Assembly (NCBI GenBank): GCA_016930015.1
Contig: JAFGHR010000121.1
Coordinates: 11,701-75,700, forward strand
Reading direction: 5' to 3'
Length of the DNA: 64,000 nt
Source: Anaerolineae bacterium
GTDB lineage: Bacteria > Chloroflexota > Anaerolineae > Aggregatilineales > Aggregatilineaceae
Below are positions 38,447 to 47,528 of this stretch, piece after piece. Position 1 is the first letter of the stretch. The number at the start of each line of letters is the position of its first letter. Both the position numbers and the translations under genes were made by a program. The notes under the pieces are model-generated. The model ran no database searches and had not been told where the DNA came from. It worked only from the letters and a program-made list of their open reading frames with translations.

Positions 38447-39505
38447 ATGAGCGAACATAAACCATTATCTCACCTGGTTCCCGGTCAAAAACTGGGCCAA
38501 TTTACCATTAAAAGTCTGATCGGTCGCGGCACAGATGGCGAGGTCTACCGCGCGTTTAATCCTGGATTAGGGCGCGACATTGCTATCAAAGTCTACTATC
38601 CCGGTGAACCCAAAACAGCCGACTTTATCCGGCAGTACCGCGAAGAAGTACAACCGATTGCCGATCTAAAACATCCGAACATCATCCGTGTGTATGACTT
38701 TAATATTGGAAGCAACGTATGTTATCTTGCGATGGAACTCATCGAGGGGGTTGGCCTGCGTGACCTGATCTCGATGCACCATACAGGGTTGAACCGTGAC
38801 GATACCATCCGTGTGTTCAGCCAGATCGCGAGCGGTATTGCGTATGCACATGATCAGGGGGTTGTCCACGGCAATATCAAACCCGACAACGTGCTGATCG
38901 ACACCAGCAAACGCCCGGTTGTGACCGACTTTAACGTGCCCTGCTTGGCAGCATTCGGCAGTTCGACATCCCGTGAACTGCCCAGTTCAGCCGCCGTCTA
39001 CATGGCACCCGAACAGTTCGCCGGGGAACATCCGTGCCCGCCGTGTGATATCTATTTACTGGGTATCCTGCTGTATGAAATGGTCACCGGCGACGTACCC
39101 TTTAAGGGCGACACGTTCGAAAGTATTGCCGCTCAACACAGTAAGGCGTCACCAAAATCGCCCAGTCACATCAATATCGATCTTGATCCGCGCATTGAGC
39201 GGGTGATTCTCAAAGCTCTCGAAAAAACGCCCGATGACCGGTACCCCACAGCCCGCGATATGCTAACCGATCTTGAACGCCGCGAAGTCGTCAACGAATA
39301 TGATACAGTGACGTTCGACCGGCAAACAGCCGAACTGATCCGCAAACGTCGTTCGGAAATCATACGGTTTCACAAAAGCCGGTCAGATGTGCCCACCGCT
39401 GAGATTCGCGCCGTCAAGGTAAAACGTAACCTGACCCTGCCACTGGCCGTGGTGGGGATTATCCTGATTATTGCCCTTGTAGTGGCGGCGGTTTTGCTGA
39501 TATAA
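38447..39505 (+). CDS. Ser/Thr protein kinase homologue, tail-anchored, catalytic loop HGN (predicted pseudokinase)
   Basis: The Hanks-type subdomains are GRGTDGEVY, AIK, HGNIKPDN, DFN and YMAPE. There is a C-terminal TM, LTLPLAVVGIILIIALVVAAVLLI. Confidence 0.85.
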   Translation: MSEHKPLSHLVPGQKLGQFTIKSLIGRGTDGEVYRAFNPGLGRDIAIKVYYPGEPKTADFIRQYREEVQPIADLKHPNIIRVYDFNIGSNVCYLAMELIEGVGLRDLISMHHTGLNRDDTIRVFSQIASGIAYAHDQGVVHGNIKPDNVLIDTSKRPVVTDFNVPCLAAFGSSTSRELPSSAAVYMAPEQFAGEHPCPPCDIYLLGILLYEMVTGDVPFKGDTFESIAAQHSKASPKSPSHINIDLDPRIERVILKALEKTPDDRYPTARDMLTDLERREVVNEYDTVTFDRQTAELIRKRRSEIIRFHKSRSDVPTAEIRAVKVKRNLTLPLAVVGIILIIALVVAAVLLI

Positions 39506-39552
39506 AAACCGATTGTTACTGTACTGCACAGAGGGGGTAACAATCGGTTTCG
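39504..39552. terminator. bidirectional hairpin terminator between convergent genes
   Basis: A 14-bp stem AAACCGATTGTTAC / GTAACAATCGGTTT, flanked by an A-run and a T-run. Confidence 0.7.
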
Positions 39553-39577
39553 CCAATCACACCAAAGGTGTCAGGGG

Positions 39578-41518
39578 TTATTTGTGCAGCTTAGGAAATG
39601 ACGAGTCACCTTCGAACACCAGCACATGCCCATTGCCTAAATGCGCGTCGATGGTCACAACGCCTGCCCCACGCTGCACCGAATCATTTCCCCAAATGGG
39701 GGATAAACCACACTCGCAGACCGGTAAAAACGCCTTGCCTTCTTCGGCGGTTTCCATGCTTGAGTTCGCCACAATGGCAATGGTTTGCTCCGCGTTCTGA
39801 CGCGCCAATACGATAAAGTGCGGGTTATCACTATAACCCAAAACCAGCGTCGCCGGGTCCGGATCGATCAACAGGCTGGCGTATTTTTTACGTATCTGGA
39901 GCGCATAACGCACTGAGCCAAGCAGGTTATCGGGACGCGTCCAATTAAACGCCCACCCGCTGAACAGGGGCAGCGTCTCGGCGGGATTCTGGTCGATCAT
40001 CTCGTCGGTGAAGCCCAGCCCGGTGTTAATTGGTTTCTCTTCCATGAGTTCAAACCCGCTGTGAATGAACGGAATGCCGGGAAGGACTACGCCGAAGATC
40101 AGTGCATAATGAACATAAGCAAGGGGCTGCGGACGGCTGAACGCACGCGGCGTGTTATGGCTTTCGGCTGTCGCAAAAAACGGGAGGGCTAACCGTTCGT
40201 GCGCCATACGCCCCAAAAACTCGCGGAATTTGTCCGGCACGTGCAGATCAAACACCATGTAACCCAATACGGCATTGTAACCTTCGTCAACGCTCTTGTG
40301 TTCGATCAGGAAGTTTTCATCCCAAAACGCAAAATCGGGGTTGATCTGGCGGGCTGTGTCAACGACACGCTGTTTGAGCGGCATTGGCAGCGCGTGGCCC
40401 ATGTCGATCATCACGCCGTCGATGCCAAACCGCTCCTGGTAATGCGGGATAACACCAACGATCGTATCCCAGAGATCGTTAACAGCATGTTCGGGTTTTG
40501 CGAACCGCTCATCATACATGCGGAGGGTGTTGTAGGCAATGTAGTTAAAATCGGCGTGATCGTACATGCGTAAGTAGGTCACGTCGGTCCAGGGCGGTTG
40601 GTTGTCGTCCGGAGGCCAATCGGCAAAGGCACCCGGCACCCGCACCCGCGTACCGTCATCCAGCACGCCAATCCAGCGGCCATTTTCCATGTGAACCTGA
40701 TCGGCACGCGGCGGCGCGGTAAACATGTCACGATAAGTTTGTGGTGGGGCGGGAAGGTCTACAAACTCACCGCGATTAACCTTGTCTTTGACAACGGCCA
40801 GATCACCTGCGGGGAAAACCGGATTACCGTACGCGCCGGGATCATCATCGCCCGGTTTGCGATCCGGCACATTTTCACGAATCCAGTAAAACCATTCCGG
40901 ATGTTCACCAATCCAATCGCCGTCTTTGGACGCGGTGCGCAGCACAAACTCCATGACCACCCGCATACCCAAACGGTGCGCCGCCTCGACAAAACCGGCA
41001 AACAGCGTGTCGGCGTCCAGGCCAAGCACAGGCTCGGCCAACTTGTGATCAAGCTCATACGGGTTCCGAATCCCGTAGGGTGAGCCCAGCGTGCCTTTTT
41101 TGCCATCCTGACCGACCGCCGTAACCGGCAGCAAATGAACCGTATTCACGCCCAACTGCTGGATGTACGGCAGCAGGGCAATACACTTGAGCAGTGTGCC
41201 GGTGTCCCGCCAGCCATCGGGTGATGGCTCGATGGACAGCGCATCATCATGGGCGTGATCGTAGGCGCTCGTCACGCGTGGGAACAGGTTATAGATGATC
41301 GCGTGTTGTGTCCAACTGCCATTTCCTGATCCACGAACCAACGGCAGCGGTTCAGCATCAACTAACGATTGCAGCCTGGCGGCATAAAAATCGAACGGGT
41401 TGACGGCCTGGGCAGCCGTTGTTTCGTAATCGGCCCACAACCCCGGCACATAATAGGGCGTGGAAAGTTCTCGGCGATTCTGGTGCAGGGCTGAAATAAT
41501 GTGTTGCAGCGCAGACAT
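39578..41518 (-). CDS. GH13 alpha-amylase-superfamily enzyme (GlgE-like features), cytoplasmic
   Basis: DGVMIDMGHA (region II-like), FWDENF (region III-like) and HPEWFYW are present. There is no signal peptide. Confidence 0.7.
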   Translation of the reverse strand: MSALQHIISALHQNRRELSTPYYVPGLWADYETTAAQAVNPFDFYAARLQSLVDAEPLPLVRGSGNGSWTQHAIIYNLFPRVTSAYDHAHDDALSIEPSPDGWRDTGTLLKCIALLPYIQQLGVNTVHLLPVTAVGQDGKKGTLGSPYGIRNPYELDHKLAEPVLGLDADTLFAGFVEAAHRLGMRVVMEFVLRTASKDGDWIGEHPEWFYWIRENVPDRKPGDDDPGAYGNPVFPAGDLAVVKDKVNRGEFVDLPAPPQTYRDMFTAPPRADQVHMENGRWIGVLDDGTRVRVPGAFADWPPDDNQPPWTDVTYLRMYDHADFNYIAYNTLRMYDERFAKPEHAVNDLWDTIVGVIPHYQERFGIDGVMIDMGHALPMPLKQRVVDTARQINPDFAFWDENFLIEHKSVDEGYNAVLGYMVFDLHVPDKFREFLGRMAHERLALPFFATAESHNTPRAFSRPQPLAYVHYALIFGVVLPGIPFIHSGFELMEEKPINTGLGFTDEMIDQNPAETLPLFSGWAFNWTRPDNLLGSVRYALQIRKKYASLLIDPDPATLVLGYSDNPHFIVLARQNAEQTIAIVANSSMETAEEGKAFLPVCECGLSPIWGNDSVQRGAGVVTIDAHLGNGHVLVFEGDSSFPKLHK

Positions 41519-41680
41519 GAATAAACTGGACTCCTGAAAAGGTTAACACAGGTTATTATGGCATACGGGAGAGATCATAGTGGCGACATGCTGTAACGTC
41601 AAACACGCAGCCGGGTACGTTTTAGCATACCGGCTGATCCCAACAACCGGAACCATATAAAATAGCTCACGATCCAGATG

Positions 41681-42973
41681 TTACTGGTTGTACCCCACTC
41701 CGAACACGTCCAGCATCAGGCCGCCAATCTTGGACCGGTCGGGAACCAGAATCGCCTGTCCCTGCCACGTCACAGGGGTGACATACTGCCAGTCGAGCAC
41801 ACCGTTAGAAAAATTCCCCGCCGGGATATCTTTGATGTACCACGCGAGTTCTAACAACTGCTCCATCGACAACCCGGTATCTATGCCTGCTTCTAGCTCA
41901 GACCACAGTACGGGGGCCTGCACCGCGAGTTTGGGGATCATATCCAGGGCAAGCACTTTATCCCGAACAGCATAGATCACTTGCTGCTGGCGCTGCGCAC
42001 GATCGATATCATCCGAGCTGTGGCGGCTGCGGGCATATTTCAGCGCGGTCGCGCCGTCGAGATGTTTCCATCCGGCCTCGATATAAAACGGATCGTAGCC
42101 ATAATTCATGTCCGGGTAATTGGGATCATAGATCGCGTAGGGGACCTCGACATCAATCCCGTCGATCAAATCAACGATACGAATAAACGACGCAAAATCA
42201 ACAAGCAGGTAATCGTGCACGCGAATGCCCAGGTTGTATTGAACGGTTTGCATCGCCAGGCGCGGCCCGCCGCCAAGCCCTTCATACTCACCCAGGCCAT
42301 AGGCCGTGTTTACACGCTGCAAGCCATAACCGGGCACATCCACATACAGATCACGCGGAATGCTGAGCATCCCCACCTGATCAGTATCAGGGTCCAGGCT
42401 AATCAGGAGCATGGTATCGGTGCGGAAGGATGTTCCCAATTCGCCAGGGCGCTTGTCCATACCCATCAGCAGAATGGTAAACCGGCTGTCACCGTTCCAG
42501 GGCTGGATGATCATGCTCTCACCATCGCCCAGCAGTCCACCAGCTGACGCTTCGCCCTCATTCTCCAAAATGCCACCCGCGCCGTAGATCACCGAGGTCG
42601 GCTCGACTGCCGGTTCGCTGGTAGCCAGGGTATCGCCATCGCCGCGTGTAGCGTGTAACAAAAAAAACACCGTGATACTCATCACTGCCGTCAAACCCAG
42701 TAACGCCGCCGCGATCACCACCCACGCCCAGTCATCCGGCGCCCCGGCGTTACGGCGTACCTTGCGCCGCCGCAGACGATCACGCGCATGGCTGACAGGT
42801 ATCTGCCGTTCGCGTGCTTGTGGCGCGGGCACAACCGGTCGCTGATCGGGAAAACTATACCAATGGCTGCCCTGGTTCCCCCTGATAGGCGGGGAATTAG
42901 GCGGCGGGCTGGCTGGTTGACCGGGCGGAACCGGTTTGTTGTGTGGCTGGGTCGGGACTGTATCGTCCGTCAT
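41681..42973 (-). CDS. LytR-CpsA-Psr (LCP) family cell-envelope phosphotransferase
   Basis: A Pro-rich cytoplasmic N-terminus and a TM are followed by LLMGMDKRPGE, RTDTMLLISLDP and LSIPRDLYVDVPG. The start was chosen at MTDDTV. Confidence 0.85.
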   Translation of the reverse strand: MTDDTVPTQPHNKPVPPGQPASPPPNSPPIRGNQGSHWYSFPDQRPVVPAPQARERQIPVSHARDRLRRRKVRRNAGAPDDWAWVVIAAALLGLTAVMSITVFFLLHATRGDGDTLATSEPAVEPTSVIYGAGGILENEGEASAGGLLGDGESMIIQPWNGDSRFTILLMGMDKRPGELGTSFRTDTMLLISLDPDTDQVGMLSIPRDLYVDVPGYGLQRVNTAYGLGEYEGLGGGPRLAMQTVQYNLGIRVHDYLLVDFASFIRIVDLIDGIDVEVPYAIYDPNYPDMNYGYDPFYIEAGWKHLDGATALKYARSRHSSDDIDRAQRQQQVIYAVRDKVLALDMIPKLAVQAPVLWSELEAGIDTGLSMEQLLELAWYIKDIPAGNFSNGVLDWQYVTPVTWQGQAILVPDRSKIGGLMLDVFGVGYNQ

Positions 42974-43103
42974 AGAGCGCTCCGTCACATGGCGATAACA
43001 TTGTGTCTGTATTCTAACTGTAAACAAGACCAATCTCAATGTGCTACAATCCGGCTGTTGTACTACGCCAGCCCATTGACCTGCCGCCACTACAGGAGTG
43101 ACT

Positions 43104-43925
43104 ATGAGTTACACAATCTGGCGCCTGCTGCTAACCGGAACCGCCGATGGCGCGATGAATATGGCCGTTGATCAGGCTATTATGGAAGCGGTTGCGAACG
43201 ACGAAACGCCGCCTACCCTGCGTTTTTACGCGTGGGAACCACCATGTTTGTCGCTGGGCTACACACAGCCCATTGCCGATGTCGATCACGAACGACTGTC
43301 AGCGCGGGGCTGGGGACTGGTCCGGCGCATCACCGGCGGGCGTGCCATTTTACACGCGGACGAACTGACATACAGTGTCGCGGTCAAGGCCAGTGATCCA
43401 ATCGTGGCCGGTGGTATCGTTCAAAGTTACCGCCGTTTGAGCCAGCCCTTGCTGCACAGTATGCAAAATATGGAAACCGACGCCCACGCCGACAAACTCA
43501 CACAGCGGCATCCTGACGCAAAAGGCCCGGTCTGTTTTGAAGTGCCCAGCCACTATGAGATCACCGTGAGCGGTAAAAAGCTGGTCGGCAGCGCCCAGGT
43601 GCGAAAATTCGGCGCCGTTTTGCAACACGGCTCATTTCCCCTGACCGGTGATATCACGCGGATTGTTGATGCCCTCGTGTTCGAGAACAACGATAAACGC
43701 GAAACGATCCGCAGCCGTGTTCGCCAGCGTGCGGCCACACTCCGGGATGTCACGGGACAACTTGTTACCTGGGAACAGGCCGCGCAGCGCGTAGCAGCCA
43801 GTTTCCAGGACGTGTTTGACCTGACGTTTGTCACCGAAAAAACGCTTACCCCGCAGGAGAAAACACGCGCAGATGAACTGCGCGCGTCACAGTATGCCAC
43901 TGATGAATGGAATGCCCGGTTTTAG
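43104..43925 (+). CDS. lipoate-protein ligase A / octanoyltransferase (LplA/LipM) family protein
   Basis: The motifs RRITGGRAILHADELTYS and GKKLVGSAQ (catalytic Lys motif) are present. Confidence 0.8.
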   Translation: MSYTIWRLLLTGTADGAMNMAVDQAIMEAVANDETPPTLRFYAWEPPCLSLGYTQPIADVDHERLSARGWGLVRRITGGRAILHADELTYSVAVKASDPIVAGGIVQSYRRLSQPLLHSMQNMETDAHADKLTQRHPDAKGPVCFEVPSHYEITVSGKKLVGSAQVRKFGAVLQHGSFPLTGDITRIVDALVFENNDKRETIRSRVRQRAATLRDVTGQLVTWEQAAQRVAASFQDVFDLTFVTEKTLTPQEKTRADELRASQYATDEWNARF

Positions 43926-44827
43926 GGAAAACAGTTTTCGCTCGGCGGTACTTGCTCGGTGCTGCGCTGGAATTCAAACGCCACATCGTAACCCAGCGCT
44001 TTGATCAAATCGGCGATGCTGTCTTCGGCGTTGTGATACGCCACGTCAAACAGGTCGTCACCGTTGATCGTTTGAATTTCATGTTCCAGGGCTTTTTCGC
44101 GCAGTTCGTCCAGTGAGCGGTCATACGCAGCGTCTTGCAGATCGGTACGAATATCATCACAATCCTGCACAAACGGAATGTCGGTGCAACTGCTGCTGAC
44201 AACTTCCGGATTCCGCAGCGCACAATCCAGAATTTGAACCGGCGGGAGTGTAATCGTCAGGTGGCCGTCTGCATTAACAACCACGTCTGTTTCGTCAAAC
44301 AGCGATAGATCGATGCCGACCCCCACCGAACCAATGTAACTCATTTTGAGCCTGGCGTCCGGCGCAGCCCCGGTATCAACGACTTCTTTGGTGATCTGCA
44401 CCTCGCCGCTGGCGGTCTGGAGCACCGACATATCACGTATACCCAGGATAATAACCTGTGTATCAACCACTTCAGGCTCAGCATCTTCGTCGAAACCAAA
44501 AACCGCCAGGAAGTTGTCCAGCGGGTCGCGTAAAAAATCAAACGCCTTGAGCGTGATCACCATCATCACAAACGCCAGCACCACTGCGATGACCAACATC
44601 GGCAGGCTGGCATACGTCGTGCACGACCGGACCAGACCCGACCAGGGCCAGGGCAGCAGCGAGGGCCAGCGGCGGCGGCGTTTGCGCTGGACTGGACGCT
44701 CCGCGCGCTCGGCAACAGCCCATGATTCACCGGGATCAATAATAGCATCCGGACGCCTTACGGCAGGTGCGTCATACCGATCCGGATCGCGGCTATCGTC
44801 CTGAGCAGGTGGTAATCGTGATGACAT
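43922..44827 (-). CDS. membrane-anchored hypothetical protein (DUF4230-like)
   Basis: An Arg-rich N-terminus and a single TM (LPMLVIAVVLAFVMMVITL) precede the extracytoplasmic domain. The 3' end overlaps the convergent lplA-like gene by 4 nt. Confidence 0.55.
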   Translation of the reverse strand: MSSRLPPAQDDSRDPDRYDAPAVRRPDAIIDPGESWAVAERAERPVQRKRRRRWPSLLPWPWSGLVRSCTTYASLPMLVIAVVLAFVMMVITLKAFDFLRDPLDNFLAVFGFDEDAEPEVVDTQVIILGIRDMSVLQTASGEVQITKEVVDTGAAPDARLKMSYIGSVGVGIDLSLFDETDVVVNADGHLTITLPPVQILDCALRNPEVVSSSCTDIPFVQDCDDIRTDLQDAAYDRSLDELREKALEHEIQTINGDDLFDVAYHNAEDSIADLIKALGYDVAFEFQRSTEQVPPSENCFP

Positions 44828-44923
44828 TCCGCTTCTCCCTATGTGTAGCCCTGTATGGGTTGTTTACGTATTCACGGCCCTATTGTTGCATAACCGGGTG
44901 GCATCAACAAACGGCAAAATAGG

Positions 44924-46777
44924 CTACTGCGGTTCAGCCAGCGGTCGAATCTGGTACAGATCACCGTCAGCAAAGCCCCGCTTGCGGTAATAGGCGCGTG
45001 TGCCCACCGACGATATCACGGCCAGCCGCGCATAACCCCGTTCAGCCGCGATGTCTACCGCGCGTTCGATCAACAGCGTGCCCAGTCCGCTGTGCTGGGG
45101 ACGGCCCGGCACGTCTTCCCCGACCGACAGCGCCTGTCCGTATACGTGCACTTCGCGGATCATCGCGGCGCCTGCCAGCTCGTCCAACAGGGGCGCCTGC
45201 TCCGGCAGCGAGAGCCGCAAAAACCCGGCGATGCGGCGGTCAGCGGTGATGATCTGCAAAAACACTTCTTCCCCGATGCTGGACGCATACCACACTTCAT
45301 CCAGGTGCAGCGCATCAAGGGACACCGTCTGTCCGCGAATCTCCCTGGCACGGATATCAGGGCTGCGTTTCCCCTGGGCTTGCAGCGCACGGTCCACGAC
45401 CTGCCGAAAGTTCGTGGTCATATTTCCGGTCACAATATCCGTTGACGGGATATCGCGCACTACGCGGGTCAATCGGCAGTATTCCGGTGTGTGCTGAAAA
45501 CACGCTGTCAGCACATGCAGCAGTTCGTCATGTGTGTAGGGCTGCCAGCCGCCCTCACGATATACCTGCATCAGTTCGGCGCTTTCGATCAGCGAGCACG
45601 GGTAAATTTTGAGTTCGTCCGGGCGGAAACCGGGATCGGTGAACAAGCGCTGGTAGTCTACAATATCCGCTTCCGGCGTCGAGCCGTACAAATTCGGCAT
45701 CCAGTGGGCGTGAATCTTAAAACCAGCCTGCCGCAGCAGTTTGACCGCTTCACACGTCCGTTCGACCGTGTGCCCGCGTTTGTTTTTCCGCAGGATGTTA
45801 TCATCCAGGCTTTGAAAACCGATCTGCACTTTTGTCGCGCCCAACCGCCGGATGCGGATCACTTCATCAACGGTCAGGTTGTCCGGGCGTGTTTCGATCA
45901 CCAGACCAACACAGCGGCATGGCGCGTGTTCGTTTTCCCGGTGCGCCGCTTGCAGCTCGTCCCACGTTGCGTATTCGTCTACGAGCGAACACTCGCGCTC
46001 ACCACGCGCGATAGCCTGGGCCTGCTCCCTGGAACGGTGAATTTCATCCCGGTAAATGACCTGCACGACCTGGTTATAGGTGCGGTCGAACCGGGTGCCG
46101 TCGATCACTTCGACAGCTTCCGTTTCCACTACTTCAGGTGACGGGTAAAACTGTGATACCTGTCGCAGAGCGTCCCAAACCTCAGCCGTGTGATCGATGC
46201 CTTTCCCGAAATCATGCAGCGCGTCAAACGCCCGCTTGATAAACCAGACCTGGTACGTTTCGGGATAAAACGACCATGTGCCGCCCAGAATAATGAGTTC
46301 GATCTTGTTGGTGGGATGCCCGCCGCTGTACAGCGTTAACAGGCGTGAATAGGTCTGCAAATAGGGATCGAAGGCGTTTTGCTCGGCCCGCTGCGCCCCC
46401 GGCTCACTTGACAGATAACTTTTGGGCATACGGACATCGTTCGGGCAAAAAATACACTCACCGGGGCACGGAAACGGCTTGGTGAGCACCGTTACAGGAG
46501 TCACGCCGGACATGGTGCGCACCGGTTTTAAGCGCAGGCGCTCGATCACAGACGGGTCAAACGGTGGCAGTCCGCCCGTCCCGGCAAATGCGCGGTACGC
46601 CTGGATCAGATCGTTCTTACTGAACAGGCCGCGCCCATCTTTGGGATAGTCCTTTAGCAGACTCACCAATCGACGCTGCGAAAGGTTGGGTTCCCGGACC
46701 ACAGCGTGTAAGATCGCTGTCAACGGCTCGCGATACAGGTCTAGATCAATCGGAGGTTTAAACGTTTTACTCATCAC
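44924..46777 (-). CDS. elp3: Elp3-type radical SAM / GNAT tRNA U34 carboxymethyl-modifying enzyme
   Basis: The radical-SAM cluster motif is CPGECIFCP. The C-terminal GNAT is QHSGLGTLLIERAVDIAAERGY...YYRKRGF. Length is ~617 aa. Confidence 0.88.
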   Translation of the reverse strand: MMSKTFKPPIDLDLYREPLTAILHAVVREPNLSQRRLVSLLKDYPKDGRGLFSKNDLIQAYRAFAGTGGLPPFDPSVIERLRLKPVRTMSGVTPVTVLTKPFPCPGECIFCPNDVRMPKSYLSSEPGAQRAEQNAFDPYLQTYSRLLTLYSGGHPTNKIELIILGGTWSFYPETYQVWFIKRAFDALHDFGKGIDHTAEVWDALRQVSQFYPSPEVVETEAVEVIDGTRFDRTYNQVVQVIYRDEIHRSREQAQAIARGERECSLVDEYATWDELQAAHRENEHAPCRCVGLVIETRPDNLTVDEVIRIRRLGATKVQIGFQSLDDNILRKNKRGHTVERTCEAVKLLRQAGFKIHAHWMPNLYGSTPEADIVDYQRLFTDPGFRPDELKIYPCSLIESAELMQVYREGGWQPYTHDELLHVLTACFQHTPEYCRLTRVVRDIPSTDIVTGNMTTNFRQVVDRALQAQGKRSPDIRAREIRGQTVSLDALHLDEVWYASSIGEEVFLQIITADRRIAGFLRLSLPEQAPLLDELAGAAMIREVHVYGQALSVGEDVPGRPQHSGLGTLLIERAVDIAAERGYARLAVISSVGTRAYYRKRGFADGDLYQIRPLAEPQ

Positions 46778-46820
46778 TCACACAACATCGCCCACTCACT
46801 ATCAACCGTACAATACTAAC

Positions 46821-47528
46821 ATGGATGAATCAACAGTTAAACGCCTGAATCAGATCAATCGGCAGTTTTACCGCGTCACTGCCACCGATTTTGACGAATC
46901 CCGCAGCCAGCCCTGGGCCGGATGGGACACACTGCTGCCGTACCTCAAACCGCCGCTGTCGGTGTGTGACACCGGGTGTGGCAACGGGCGCTTTGGCGTG
47001 TTTCTGGCCGATAACCTGGGGCCGGACCTGTCCTACGTCGGTATTGACAGCAACTCAACGCTGCTGGACCGGGCGCGGGTAGCGCTCAGCGCGGTAAAAA
47101 ACGCCCGGTTTGAGTTGATCGACGTGGTCGAACAGCCGTTTGACCTCGGCACATTCGACCTGGTCGCCGCGTTTGGCGTGCTGCACCACATCCCCGGCAG
47201 CGGTCAGCGCCGCACATTTATGCAGCAGCTTGCCCGGTGTGTCGCACCGGGGGGACTGCTGGTTTTCGCGGCGTGGTGCTTTTTCGAATTCGAACGTTTT
47301 CGAAACCGCCTTGTGCCCTGGCCGGATGACATTCGGGTCGAAACACATGACTACCTGCTGGACTGGCGCCGGGGTGAGCGGGCCATCCGCTACTGTCACT
47401 ATATCGACGCTGCCGAACACGCCGACCTGATCGCCGCCGCTGGTTTGACTGAATTAATCACGTACCGGGCCGATGGCCGCACAAACGATATCAACCGTTA
47501 TAGCATACTCCGGCGAGACTCCCCATGA
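46821..47528 (+). CDS. class I SAM-dependent methyltransferase, Trm9/ALKBH8-MT-like
   Basis: The landmarks are DFDESRSQPW, SAM motif I CDTGCGNGRF, FGVLHH and RYCHY. It is divergent from elp3 across a 43-nt gap. Confidence 0.75.
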   Translation: MDESTVKRLNQINRQFYRVTATDFDESRSQPWAGWDTLLPYLKPPLSVCDTGCGNGRFGVFLADNLGPDLSYVGIDSNSTLLDRARVALSAVKNARFELIDVVEQPFDLGTFDLVAAFGVLHHIPGSGQRRTFMQQLARCVAPGGLLVFAAWCFFEFERFRNRLVPWPDDIRVETHDYLLDWRRGERAIRYCHYIDAAEHADLIAAAGLTELITYRADGRTNDINRYSILRRDSP

